Source: Candidatus Pacearchaeota archaeon
Lineage (GTDB): Archaea > Nanobdellota > Nanobdellia > Pacearchaeales > GW2011-AR1
Direction: 5' to 3'
Assembly (NCBI GenBank): GCA_041654895.1
Contig: JBAZCR010000001.1
Location: 11,057 to 75,056, forward strand
Length of the DNA stretch: 64,000 nucleotides
A program made the translations under genes and the position numbers. Of this stretch, positions 26,768 through 35,826 are shown in pieces (the stretch's first letter is position 1; each line of letters starts with the position of its first letter). The notes under the pieces are model-generated. The model saw nothing but the letters and a program-made list of their open reading frames with translations, had not been told where the DNA came from and did not search any database.

Positions 26768-26909
26768 CTTTACTTTTACTTTTATTTTGTTCTTCTATTT
26801 TTTCTAAATTAATTGTCCTATATTTTCCACCTTTTTTATAAACTCTATATTGTCTTTTTCTTTTAAGATCTTTTTTTGTTTTTCTTTTTTCTGTTGAATT
26901 TAGTTTCAT
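26760..26909 (-). CDS. Small basic protein, 49 aa, not in ORF track
   Basis: MKLNSTEKRKTKKDLKRKRQYRVYKKGGKYRTINLEK...; fills the gap and overlaps the peptidase start (ATGATTAA). Confidence 0.5.
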   Translation of the reverse strand: MKLNSTEKRKTKKDLKRKRQYRVYKKGGKYRTINLEKIEEQNKSKSKDD

Positions 26910-26919
26910 TTTTATTTTC

Positions 26920-27447
26920 CTAGCAATTTATATTATACTCTTTATTATAAGTATAATCTAATATTGTTTTAAATTTTACTTTTTCAAATTGGCTTTTTTC
27001 TGAATCTAAGGGTTCTAAAATTATTTTTTTATTTAAATTTTTTCTAGATATTATTAAGTTTTCATTCTCTATTTTAATAACATAAAGTTCTTCGCAAAAG
27101 TTAATCCAACTTTCTTTATTTTGCCAACTTGATTCCACTATTCTTTGGTTGTCAACATATAAATCTTCTTTTAAGTATTCAGAATAAGGTTCTAATTTCT
27201 CACAAAAATTGATTTTATTAAACCTTTCATTAGGTGAATCCTCACAGAATAGTTCTTTAATTAATTTTTCTTCATTATACTCAAAAATTCTTTGTTTGTC
27301 TTCTATTAATAATACTTTAATTGGAGAAATTAAAGAAGCGTTTATATTTTTTTGATTTTGAATATACCCTAAAAAGACTAAACCTAAAAAAAATAAGGTA
27401 ATTAAAACAAGATACAATGAGAACAATTGTCCTTTTTTATTTTTCAT
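26920..27447 (-). CDS. Class III signal peptide (pilin-like) protein
   Basis: MKNKKG/QLF + hydrophobic helix. Confidence 0.75.
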   Translation of the reverse strand: MKNKKGQLFSLYLVLITLFFLGLVFLGYIQNQKNINASLISPIKVLLIEDKQRIFEYNEEKLIKELFCEDSPNERFNKINFCEKLEPYSEYLKEDLYVDNQRIVESSWQNKESWINFCEELYVIKIENENLIISRKNLNKKIILEPLDSEKSQFEKVKFKTILDYTYNKEYNINC

Positions 27448-27992
27448 CTTAAAATTTCCTTATAAAAATTTAGTTTTATTGAAGAAATATCTTTCTCTTG
27501 ATTTAAAAGATTTAAACTTTTTTGATATTCTGAATCTTTTAGATTATTTAATAATTCAAAATTTTCTTTAGAGATTGTTCTTCCTGAACCACCGTCTAAG
27601 ATAATAGAATGTATTGTCATACCCTGTCCCTTCTTTGAATCAAGTTTAATTGAATTTAAAGAGATTAATTTTTCCTCTTGAATTAAATATAATTTTCCTC
27701 CTGAATCTAATAGTTCAATTGACTTAAAATTTTCATTACTTATTTCAAAGATGGCCAAATTATTTTTGATGAATTTGTTATTTAACTTGTCTTCTGTATT
27801 TTGTTCTAATATTTGATTAAATAATATCTGATAAAAATCCAGAGCTAATTTATCTTGGCTTATCGGGTTGTGACTTTTATTTTTGATGGTAGAACTAAAT
27901 ACCAAAGAGAGAATTAGTAATATAATAATGATTATTGTTGCTATAAACAAAGATAAAAAACCTCCAATAAGTGCCCTCTTATTCATTAACAT
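27444..27992 (-). CDS. Class III signal peptide (pilin-like) protein
   Basis: MNKRA/LIGG + hydrophobic helix. Confidence 0.7.
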   Translation of the reverse strand: MLMNKRALIGGFLSLFIATIIIIILLILSLVFSSTIKNKSHNPISQDKLALDFYQILFNQILEQNTEDKLNNKFIKNNLAIFEISNENFKSIELLDSGGKLYLIQEEKLISLNSIKLDSKKGQGMTIHSIILDGGSGRTISKENFELLNNLKDSEYQKSLNLLNQEKDISSIKLNFYKEILR

Positions 27993-28458
27993 AAACCTCT
28001 AAATTTAGTTTTGTTTTTTTGTCATTTAATATAATTGTATTTTCAATTGAGGAATAACCTTGTTTAAATTCTCCTAAATCTTTTGTATTTGTTTTTAATA
28101 TTTCGTTTACCCATGATCTTCCATCATCACCGAACATTATTGTTTCTTCGTCTAATTTTATACTTATAAAATATTTATTGTATAATTCGTCTTCAGTATT
28201 ATATTTGAAATCACAATATTTTAAAATATTTGAATTAAAATCTTTTTTTATTTTTTCAATATTAAATTCTTCAGCATCCCTTATACAATTTGTTATTTTT
28301 TTTGATAGGATTATTGCCTCACTATCTTTAACATTGATATTAGGCATATATATTCCATTTGAAATTCCCATAATTAAAAGTACCACTATTATTAATAAAA
28401 AAATTCTATACATCGTTACAATAGACTCGCCTATTGCCTCTGCTTTTTTATTTTTCAT
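27979..28458 (-). CDS. Class III signal peptide (pilin-like) protein
   Basis: MKNKKA/EAIGE + hydrophobic helix. Confidence 0.72.
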   Translation of the reverse strand: MKNKKAEAIGESIVTMYRIFLLIIVVLLIMGISNGIYMPNINVKDSEAIILSKKITNCIRDAEEFNIEKIKKDFNSNILKYCDFKYNTEDELYNKYFISIKLDEETIMFGDDGRSWVNEILKTNTKDLGEFKQGYSSIENTIILNDKKTKLNLEVYVNE

Positions 28459-28814
28459 TTTATCTGGATTATATATTCAGTTTGATCTTCATCTTCAATT
28501 AATTGAATTAAGTGTTGTGTTATAATTGGATATCCTCTCAAAGATACAAGCCCGTCTATTTGAATAAAAATTTTATTATCTTTAATCTCTATTTTACTAA
28601 TATATCCATTAACATTATTTTTTTGAATAATAAAATTCATTCCTGGTATTGCAGAGTCTATTAAAAGTGCTGTTTGTTTTTCTAATACTTGTTGTTTTAC
28701 GCTTCTACTATCTATTTTGGAAGATAAATTTAAAATAAATAATGTGGTGATTAATAAAATTAAAATTAGGTGAACAATTACTTCTTGCATACTAGTCCCT
28801 CTTTTATTTTTCAT
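28455..28814 (-). CDS. Class III signal peptide (pilin-like) protein
   Basis: Start moved to ATG 28814: MKNKRG/TSMQE + hydrophobic helix. Confidence 0.72.
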   Translation of the reverse strand: MKNKRGTSMQEVIVHLILILLITTLFILNLSSKIDSRSVKQQVLEKQTALLIDSAIPGMNFIIQKNNVNGYISKIEIKDNKIFIQIDGLVSLRGYPIITQHLIQLIEDEDQTEYIIQIK

Positions 28815-28815
28815 T

Positions 28816-28929
28816 TTAATTGAATAGTTTAAATAGCGAATAAATTCCAAGTGAAGTTGCAACTATTATTGCTATATAAATAATCCATTTAATTATCTCG
28901 TCTGTTGATTGTGCTTTTTTATTTTTCAT
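28816..28929 (-). CDS. Micro-pilin, 37 aa, not in ORF track
   Basis: MKNKKA/QSTDEIIKWIIYIAIIVATSLGIYSLFKLFN*; fills the operon gap exactly. Confidence 0.75.
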   Translation of the reverse strand: MKNKKAQSTDEIIKWIIYIAIIVATSLGIYSLFKLFN

Positions 28930-29746
28930 TTCTTAATTTATAATTTTGTATATTATACCTTATTGATACCTGATCTTTGTATATAATGCACTCTTCTATT
29001 TGGTTTTGATAAAATTCCTTTTCTTTATTTTTATCCAATTTAAACTCTTCAAAATATTCTTCAATTAGAGATTCACAATTAGAAGGAGTATTCAAAAGAG
29101 ACTCTAATTTTATTGTTTTTGATCCTGATATGCATTCTTGATAAAACTCATTATAATCGTAAGTAGAATATAGTTTTGAACAGAAATCCTCTATTTTGGA
29201 TTCATCCTTTACAGAACTAATTATTTTTTCAAGAGTTACATCTCCATTATTTACTATTTTTAAATTATAATTATTATCTTCAAAGTTTATTTTGATTCTT
29301 GTTAGTGTATCTAGAGCTATAAAATTATTTTCTATATTTACTTTTTCTTTTATATTTATGCACTTCTCACAGATAACTATTTTATCTTGGATATTCTCGG
29401 TTGAACAAACACATAATTGGTTTTTTTTACTAAAGAAATTTGTAGTTAATGCATCGTTAAACTCTTTAATTTCAATCTTATTTTTATCCTGAAAATTAAC
29501 TAAAAAATATCTTTCTTTATTAGATAATTCTTGGTAGATAGTTATTTCTGATGTTGAATATTTTTTTGCTTCTTCAATCGAGTTTTCTATTTGTGTAAAT
29601 AAGCTTTGAAGAATTTGGTCTGATTTACTTTCTCTTAATAAGAAGGATAATGCTAAAGATAATAAGGTTACTACAACAATTACTCCGATTATTAGTCCAA
29701 TAGAAGTTTCTGATAATAATGAAGAACCTCTTTTAGTTTTATGCAT
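28919..29746 (-). CDS. Class III signal peptide (pilin-like) protein, Cys-containing
   Basis: MHKTKRG/SSLL + hydrophobic helix; several Cys pairs. Confidence 0.7.
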   Translation of the reverse strand: MHKTKRGSSLLSETSIGLIIGVIVVVTLLSLALSFLLRESKSDQILQSLFTQIENSIEEAKKYSTSEITIYQELSNKERYFLVNFQDKNKIEIKEFNDALTTNFFSKKNQLCVCSTENIQDKIVICEKCINIKEKVNIENNFIALDTLTRIKINFEDNNYNLKIVNNGDVTLEKIISSVKDESKIEDFCSKLYSTYDYNEFYQECISGSKTIKLESLLNTPSNCESLIEEYFEEFKLDKNKEKEFYQNQIEECIIYKDQVSIRYNIQNYKLRNEK

Positions 29747-29835
29747 GATATAATTAGAATTATTTGATTAATAAAAATATGGGTTTATCCTGTTTTTTAA
29801 ATATGTTTTTTATATACTTTTGATTAAGATGGTTT

Positions 29836-30864
29836 ATGGGTTTGGGATTTAAAAAAATACTTTCTGGAAGTTTGATTGGTTTAAGTTTATTATTCCCTTC
29901 TTATGCAGATACATATGATTTTTTATTTTCTGGAGAAGAGAGATGTATAATATATAATTCTCCTATTGTAGATAGTTTAAAAAATAGTCCTGGAAGAAAA
30001 AATTTAGAATCAAAATTATTTTATGATACTGGAGACTTTTTTGATTCTTATGAAGGAAATTTTATTAATTATGGTGAGTTTATAGGAAAAGATAAATTTG
30101 ATCATTCTACTGGTATTTACTTTTGTTTTAAAAAAGATTCAAATAATTCTTTTATTTTTTCATATTTTAATAGAGGAGATAATTCAATTAGTTTAAGAGA
30201 TAGAACAAAACTTTTACCTTTGAGTTCTTATACTTTTGTGGAAGATAGAAATAATACTTTTCTATATCTTGTCCTGCCAAAGAAAGTTGGTTTAGAAAAA
30301 TTAGAACAAACTTTATTTGTTTTAGAAAAGAATCAGTCCCAGTTAACATATATTAAGGCCTATCCTAATGAAGAAACCCAAGTTTACAAATTTTTTGAAA
30401 ATTTAGATAATTATCTTGAAAGTAAATTAGGTAATCTTGAAACAGATATAACTAAATTAGAAGACCTTGAAGAAGAATATTTTACAAACATTTCTCATGA
30501 AAGTCCTTATGTTTCTTTGCTTCGAAAAATCCCTGGAAAAGCAGGTGTTTTGATTGATTATACGATTTTCTTAGGCAAACTTTTTAGTGAAATTAAAGAA
30601 GATCAAAGGAAGAAAATACTTCAAGAAGAATTTGGTGGGAATTATGATTTTTATAGAATTCCATTTTATGATAGCAAAGAGGGATTTAATCCTTTTATTG
30701 TAGGAAGGGGAATAAGATGGGACTTAGACTTAAAAGATCTTAAATGGTATGATGCAGGATATTTAGCAATTCCTTTAATTACATTTAATAAACAAGATAA
30801 AAACTTAGAACAATCCTCTTTAGAAAATATGTTGTTTAAATTTGAATTAAATCCTTTTTTATAA
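29836..30864 (+). CDS. Secreted hypothetical protein
   Basis: 342-aa ORF with Sec-type signal peptide (..PSYA/D); opposite strand to the pilin cluster. Confidence 0.6.
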   Translation: MGLGFKKILSGSLIGLSLLFPSYADTYDFLFSGEERCIIYNSPIVDSLKNSPGRKNLESKLFYDTGDFFDSYEGNFINYGEFIGKDKFDHSTGIYFCFKKDSNNSFIFSYFNRGDNSISLRDRTKLLPLSSYTFVEDRNNTFLYLVLPKKVGLEKLEQTLFVLEKNQSQLTYIKAYPNEETQVYKFFENLDNYLESKLGNLETDITKLEDLEEEYFTNISHESPYVSLLRKIPGKAGVLIDYTIFLGKLFSEIKEDQRKKILQEEFGGNYDFYRIPFYDSKEGFNPFIVGRGIRWDLDLKDLKWYDAGYLAIPLITFNKQDKNLEQSSLENMLFKFELNPFL

Positions 30865-30868
30865 CCTT

Positions 30869-32719
30869 TTAACAAACTTTATTTAGATATTCAATGATAG
30901 TACTCATATCTTTTTTTATTTCTACTGGAACTGTAGTAAAATAAACTTTATTACCAGAATCTATTTCATTCCAATTTCCATCTTTAAATTCAAACATTTT
31001 TAAATCAGGGTAATCTATTTCTAATACATCTTTATCTTTATTTTTTGAAATCCCATATTTCTTATCTATACTTAGCATCATACGTCCATCTCCATAATCA
31101 AATAATTCTATTTCCTTCTCTTGCTTAGATAGATAGCTCTGAAAAAGTTGTTTTATACGTTCTGTTTCATCTTGATTTTGTGTTAGATTTGACACTAAAT
31201 ATTGATAGAATTCTTCTTTATTTTGTTCATTTAAAGGATTAAATGAATATGATAAATATTGTTTTTCGCCAATAAAATTAGTGGTAACTGTTCCGTGATA
31301 TACGCTATATTTATTGTCTGACATTTTTAGTATTTCATTTATTACATCATTTATTGTTTCTATATCTCTTTTGAATATCCAGAAACCTTTCTTTAAACTT
31401 TTTATTTCTTCTTCTGAGCTAGAAAATTTTTCTTTTAAATACCACTTTTCTCCATTTTTTATAATCAATGTTCCTGGTTTCGATTCACTATTTTTTTTCA
31501 TTTTAAAATTGTCTACAAAAATATAATAGATATCATTTTTAGAAAAAATCTTGTTTAAAATACTCTTTTCTTCTAGTTTTTCGCATCTTTTAACATCTTC
31601 TGATTTACTAATTATTTTTGGACACTTATTATTATAACAAACTATTTTTGTTGTGCTCCCTGATTTTACTTCTGTAAGTGCTATAAAGCATTCACAATCT
31701 TCTCCATCTAAAGCACATTTATACTTTTTATTACAAACTATTTCGTCTTCTTGAGTTTGTAAATTTTTATTTACTTTTTCTATATACTCCTTAAAGGTTG
31801 TAGTTCTTATCTCAAGAATACACTCTTCTAAATATTTATTATTTTTAATCCACTCTTTTTGGTTTAAATTAAGAGAGCTTTCATATTCTGAAATTAGTTT
31901 TATTTTATTCTCCCTAGTTACATGTCCGACAACACCTAAAGAATACCATAATCTTCCGAATTCATCTAAATATGCACTATTTTGCTTTTTATTATTAATA
32001 TACAAATACCATTTATGATAAGGATATTTTTCAAAAGGTTTTTTTATATCGTTTGATAATGAAGGATAATATTGCGTAAGGCCTCCAGACGATTCTATAT
32101 TAAAATAAGTATTTTGACAATAATTGGGATTTTTCACTTCAAAATCATCACAAAAATATCCTATTGGACAATCTTCATTTGAGTTGCATGTTTCTGGTAG
32201 TTCCTCTGTTGTTTCTGGATCTATTTCTTTTGAAAAATCTTCTAGAATCTTTTTTAGAATCTCAAAATTTTCATTTGTTTCTACTTCTTCTTTAATTTCT
32301 TCTGAATTTGTTTTTGTTATAGCTTCCCATTTGCCTTCAGGAGTATTAGAATTTTCTCCTTGTGATTGTGTATGATCTGTGTTTTCTAAAAATCTATATA
32401 TCCCTGTAGTATTAATTTTAAATTTTGAACTTGGACCTATCTTTTTGTCTAAGGTCAATTTACATTCACTTGGGCAAATTTCTAAATGACCTTGAAATTC
32501 TTTTTCATTTACACTTTTTTCAAAGCATAATCCTTCTTCAGTTGTTTTTCCTTTTTGATTAAAAAAAATTAATATTTTGTCCATTTGAGAACCCATTTTT
32601 TGAATCCCACTGACCAACCAACCGTTATATGCTCCTACAGCAATTAGAACTAGTAATAATAAGGCCATTATAATTACAACTAATTTACTTACCGTCATTC
32701 CACCTCCTTCTTCTGCCAT
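30869..32719 (-). CDS. Large pilin-like/adhesin protein with Cys-rich modules
   Basis: N-terminal 'GGGMTVSKLVVIIMALLLL' pilin-like helix; 'CNSNEDCPIGYFC' and other Cys clusters. Confidence 0.6.
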   Translation of the reverse strand: MAEEGGGMTVSKLVVIIMALLLLVLIAVGAYNGWLVSGIQKMGSQMDKILIFFNQKGKTTEEGLCFEKSVNEKEFQGHLEICPSECKLTLDKKIGPSSKFKINTTGIYRFLENTDHTQSQGENSNTPEGKWEAITKTNSEEIKEEVETNENFEILKKILEDFSKEIDPETTEELPETCNSNEDCPIGYFCDDFEVKNPNYCQNTYFNIESSGGLTQYYPSLSNDIKKPFEKYPYHKWYLYINNKKQNSAYLDEFGRLWYSLGVVGHVTRENKIKLISEYESSLNLNQKEWIKNNKYLEECILEIRTTTFKEYIEKVNKNLQTQEDEIVCNKKYKCALDGEDCECFIALTEVKSGSTTKIVCYNNKCPKIISKSEDVKRCEKLEEKSILNKIFSKNDIYYIFVDNFKMKKNSESKPGTLIIKNGEKWYLKEKFSSSEEEIKSLKKGFWIFKRDIETINDVINEILKMSDNKYSVYHGTVTTNFIGEKQYLSYSFNPLNEQNKEEFYQYLVSNLTQNQDETERIKQLFQSYLSKQEKEIELFDYGDGRMMLSIDKKYGISKNKDKDVLEIDYPDLKMFEFKDGNWNEIDSGNKVYFTTVPVEIKKDMSTIIEYLNKVC

Positions 32720-32883
32720 TAGAATCCAAACCTGAATATGTTTTTAATTGAATTTATAATTTCAGTCCCTTTTCCACTAAGTAATATATAAATTGCAAAA
32801 GCCATAATTGCTATAAATAAAAATAATAAAATTCCTTTAATGAGATAATCTATCTCTAAATCTCCTCTTTTATTTGTTTTCAT
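32719..32883 (-). CDS. Micro-pilin, 54 aa, not in ORF track
   Basis: MKTNKRG/DLEIDYLIKGILLFLFIAIMAFAIYILLSGKG...FRFGF*; TAATG-coupled to the next gene. Confidence 0.78.
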   Translation of the reverse strand: MKTNKRGDLEIDYLIKGILLFLFIAIMAFAIYILLSGKGTEIINSIKNIFRFGF

Positions 32884-32920
32884 AAAATAACAATTGTTTT
32901 ATATTTAATAAATATTTAGT

Positions 32921-33247
32921 CTAATCGCATAATTTCGGACAAGATTTTATTTCAAATCCTTCAAATGATTGAATAGATAATTTTTCACATGTTTCTTTTA
33001 TTTGTTTTTCTTCATTTATTTTTAATTTTTGAATATCCTTACAATATGTTTTGACATCTTTTTGAATGCAAGCTAATTCACATTTATTTTGAATTACTTC
33101 TATATTTTGTTCATATGAGCCTAAAATATTAATCTTTTGTCCTATTGTTTTCCATTGTCCTGTTACACTAATTATGACTACAATAAGTACAAGAAGGATT
33201 AAGATTAATGTAACAACTAAATTTATTTGTGCTTTTTTTAATTGCAT
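32921..33247 (-). CDS. Class III signal peptide (pilin-like) protein
   Basis: MQLKKA/QINL + helix; CxxxC...C...C...CxxxC pattern shared with 33294-33737. Confidence 0.78.
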   Translation of the reverse strand: MQLKKAQINLVVTLILILLVLIVVIISVTGQWKTIGQKINILGSYEQNIEVIQNKCELACIQKDVKTYCKDIQKLKINEEKQIKETCEKLSIQSFEGFEIKSCPKLCD

Positions 33248-33293
33248 AAAAGAATTGAGAATTTATATTTAATAAAGGTTTTGAAAATAAAAG

Positions 33294-33737
33294 TTAACAA
33301 AGGCCAGGGCATTCTTCAAAAATATTTGTTAATTCAAACCTATCGTCTGTTGCTAGAGAATTACAAGTTACTTTTATATAAACTGGTTCATAATCTTTCT
33401 TTTCATTATCTTCTAATTTATTATAGTCTTCAATTGTTTTTTTTATGTCTTCTTTTTTATGTTTGTATTCTTCAATAACTTCTGATTTTATTTTAGAACC
33501 ATCTTCTTTTATAATTTCTCTTTCTGCATTACAAAATCTATAAGCGTCTTGACTTTGACATGCCATTAAACAGGCCTGAGCAATCTCGTTAACATTTGTT
33601 TTTCCACCACCAAAGATATTTACTTTATTCCAAAAATTTCCCCATCCAGTAGAAAAGCCATAAATTAAAAATACTAAAATAGCAACAGCCAAAACTATTG
33701 CAATAATAGTTGTAATTGTCATTTCACCTTTTTTCAT
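33294..33737 (-). CDS. Class III signal peptide (pilin-like) protein
   Basis: MKKG/EMTITTIIAIVLAVAILV; CLMAC...C; paralogous to 32921-33247. Confidence 0.8.
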   Translation of the reverse strand: MKKGEMTITTIIAIVLAVAILVFLIYGFSTGWGNFWNKVNIFGGGKTNVNEIAQACLMACQSQDAYRFCNAEREIIKEDGSKIKSEVIEEYKHKKEDIKKTIEDYNKLEDNEKKDYEPVYIKVTCNSLATDDRFELTNIFEECPGLC

Positions 33738-33782
33738 ACTTTAATTAAATGCTATTTCTTTATAAATGTTTTTATTTTTTGA

Positions 33783-33865
33783 TGAGGAGAGGAGGATTCG
33801 AACCCCCGTAGGCAAAAACCACCAGGTCCTAAGCCTGGCCCGTTTGACCGCTCCGGCATCTCCTC
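33783..33865 (-). tRNA. tRNA-Leu, anticodon TAG
   Basis: Reverse complement GAGGAGATGCCGGAGCGGTCAAACGGG-CCAGG-CTTAGGA-CCTGG-...-GGGGGTTCGAATCCTCCTCTCCTCA. Confidence 0.95.
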
Positions 33866-33956
33866 GTTAAAATATTTTCGAATTAAATCTTAATAAGTTT
33901 AATGGAACTTTTAAAAAGACTAAATTTAAATATTCTTGTTATTTGTTTTTATTAAT

Positions 33957-35825
33957 ATGTTATTAAAAGAAGGTGATAGAAAAGGTCAAGTTACTCTTTT
34001 TATTATAATAAGTATCTTAATTGTTAGTCTTGTTATTCTTTTTTTTGTATTTAAAGATAATTTTTTTGATAAAAATATTGACCCTGAATTTAAACCTATA
34101 TATAATAGTTATATTGAATGTGTTAAAGGTACAGCGAAAGAGGGTATTTATTTAATGGGTCAACAAGGGGGTTATATTGATTTACCTGATTTTGAACCTG
34201 GAAGTAGATTTATGCCTTTTTCTTCTCAATTAGATTTTTTAGGAGAAAAAATTCCTTATTGGTTTTATATTTCTGGAAATAATTTAATGAAAAAACAAGT
34301 TCCTTCAAAAAGAGATATGGAAATTCAATTAGAAAAATTTATTTCTGATAGATTAGATTTTTGTGATTTAAGCATTTATGAATCTCAAGGATTTAATTAT
34401 ATTTTGAATGATTCAGGTGACGTTAGTGTTAAAATAAATGATTTAAGCGTCGATATTTATTTTAATAATCGATTAAATTTTTATTTTGAAGATAAAAGTG
34501 TTTTAATTAATACACATGAATTTAATATCCCTTCAAAATTAGGTAAATTTTATTCATCTTCTGTTGATATTTATAATCATGAAATGCAAACAACATTTTT
34601 AGAAAAATATGCATATGATGTTTTAATGAATTATGTCCCGGTTGTTGGTTTTGAATTACAATGTAATCCTTTAATTTTTAATAAGGAAGATATAAAGAAT
34701 AATATTACTAATGGTCTTGTTGCGAATATTAATTCTATTAGGATGAAAGGCAATTATTATCAATTAAATGATGTTAAAGAAGAGTATTTTGTTGTGGATA
34801 GTGGAAATTCTTTTGATGAATTAGTTAATGTTTTTTATAATTCAAATTGGCCATTGAAATTAGAAATTAAAGGAGATTTAATTAATGAACCTGTTGGTTT
34901 ACAAGGAGGTTTAGAAATGTTGGGTTTTTGTTATGTTCCTTACAAATTAAATTATGACCTTGTTTTTCCAGTATTAATCCAATTTATAGAAGATGATTTT
35001 ATTTTTCAATTTCCTATTAATGTGATTATTGAGAATACGCAAGTAAGGGAAAGTATTAATCAAACCTTTTTTGAAGTAGAATCTAATTATTATGATGTTT
35101 GTAATTATAAAAATTCAAATTTAGTAGTAAATACTTATGATTATAATTTAAACCCTTTAGAATCTTCTTTGACTTTTAAGTGCTTAGATAGTAATTGTTA
35201 TTTGGGAGAATCAAAATTAGAAGGTTCTTTTGCAACTTTTAATGGGATGGTGCCTCAATGTATTAATGGTTTACTTCTTATAAGTTCTGAAGGTTATTTG
35301 GATTTTCAGAAAAAGATTTCAACAAATGAGAACTTAATTTTAGATGTTTGGTTAAAGAAAAAATATACTTTTAATTTAGATATGACTAATTTGGAAAATG
35401 AAAAAGCATTAATTAGTTTTGAAGGAAAGGATTATTCTACTAGTATTGTTTATCCTGAAATGAAAAGTTTGGAATTAGTAGAAGATAATTATAATATTAG
35501 CATCTTTGTCTATTCTGAAAGTTCTTTAGTCTTGCCTGAAATAAATGAAGAATATTGTGTAAGTGTTCCTGTTGGTGGTATGGGTAGTGTATTTGGCTAT
35601 GAAGAAGAAAGATGCGAAAATATAAATATTCCTTCTATGACTATAAATTCTGCTGTTGTTGGGGGAGGTAGTTTAACAAATTATTACATTACTGAGGATA
35701 TTTTAATAAGTTCTAAAAATTTAAATATTGTACCAACTTTATTTGATTTACCTAAGGATTTAAATGACTTACAAAAAAATTATATTAAAGTGGAGGATTC
35801 AGTTGTTTATTTGAACTTTAATTAA
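33957..35825 (+). CDS. Large class III signal peptide surface protein
   Basis: 'RKG/QVTLFIIISILIV' motif; beta-rich Cys-containing ectodomain. Confidence 0.75.
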   Translation: MLLKEGDRKGQVTLFIIISILIVSLVILFFVFKDNFFDKNIDPEFKPIYNSYIECVKGTAKEGIYLMGQQGGYIDLPDFEPGSRFMPFSSQLDFLGEKIPYWFYISGNNLMKKQVPSKRDMEIQLEKFISDRLDFCDLSIYESQGFNYILNDSGDVSVKINDLSVDIYFNNRLNFYFEDKSVLINTHEFNIPSKLGKFYSSSVDIYNHEMQTTFLEKYAYDVLMNYVPVVGFELQCNPLIFNKEDIKNNITNGLVANINSIRMKGNYYQLNDVKEEYFVVDSGNSFDELVNVFYNSNWPLKLEIKGDLINEPVGLQGGLEMLGFCYVPYKLNYDLVFPVLIQFIEDDFIFQFPINVIIENTQVRESINQTFFEVESNYYDVCNYKNSNLVVNTYDYNLNPLESSLTFKCLDSNCYLGESKLEGSFATFNGMVPQCINGLLLISSEGYLDFQKKISTNENLILDVWLKKKYTFNLDMTNLENEKALISFEGKDYSTSIVYPEMKSLELVEDNYNISIFVYSESSLVLPEINEEYCVSVPVGGMGSVFGYEEERCENINIPSMTINSAVVGGGSLTNYYITEDILISSKNLNIVPTLFDLPKDLNDLQKNYIKVEDSVVYLNFN

Positions 35826-35826
35826 A

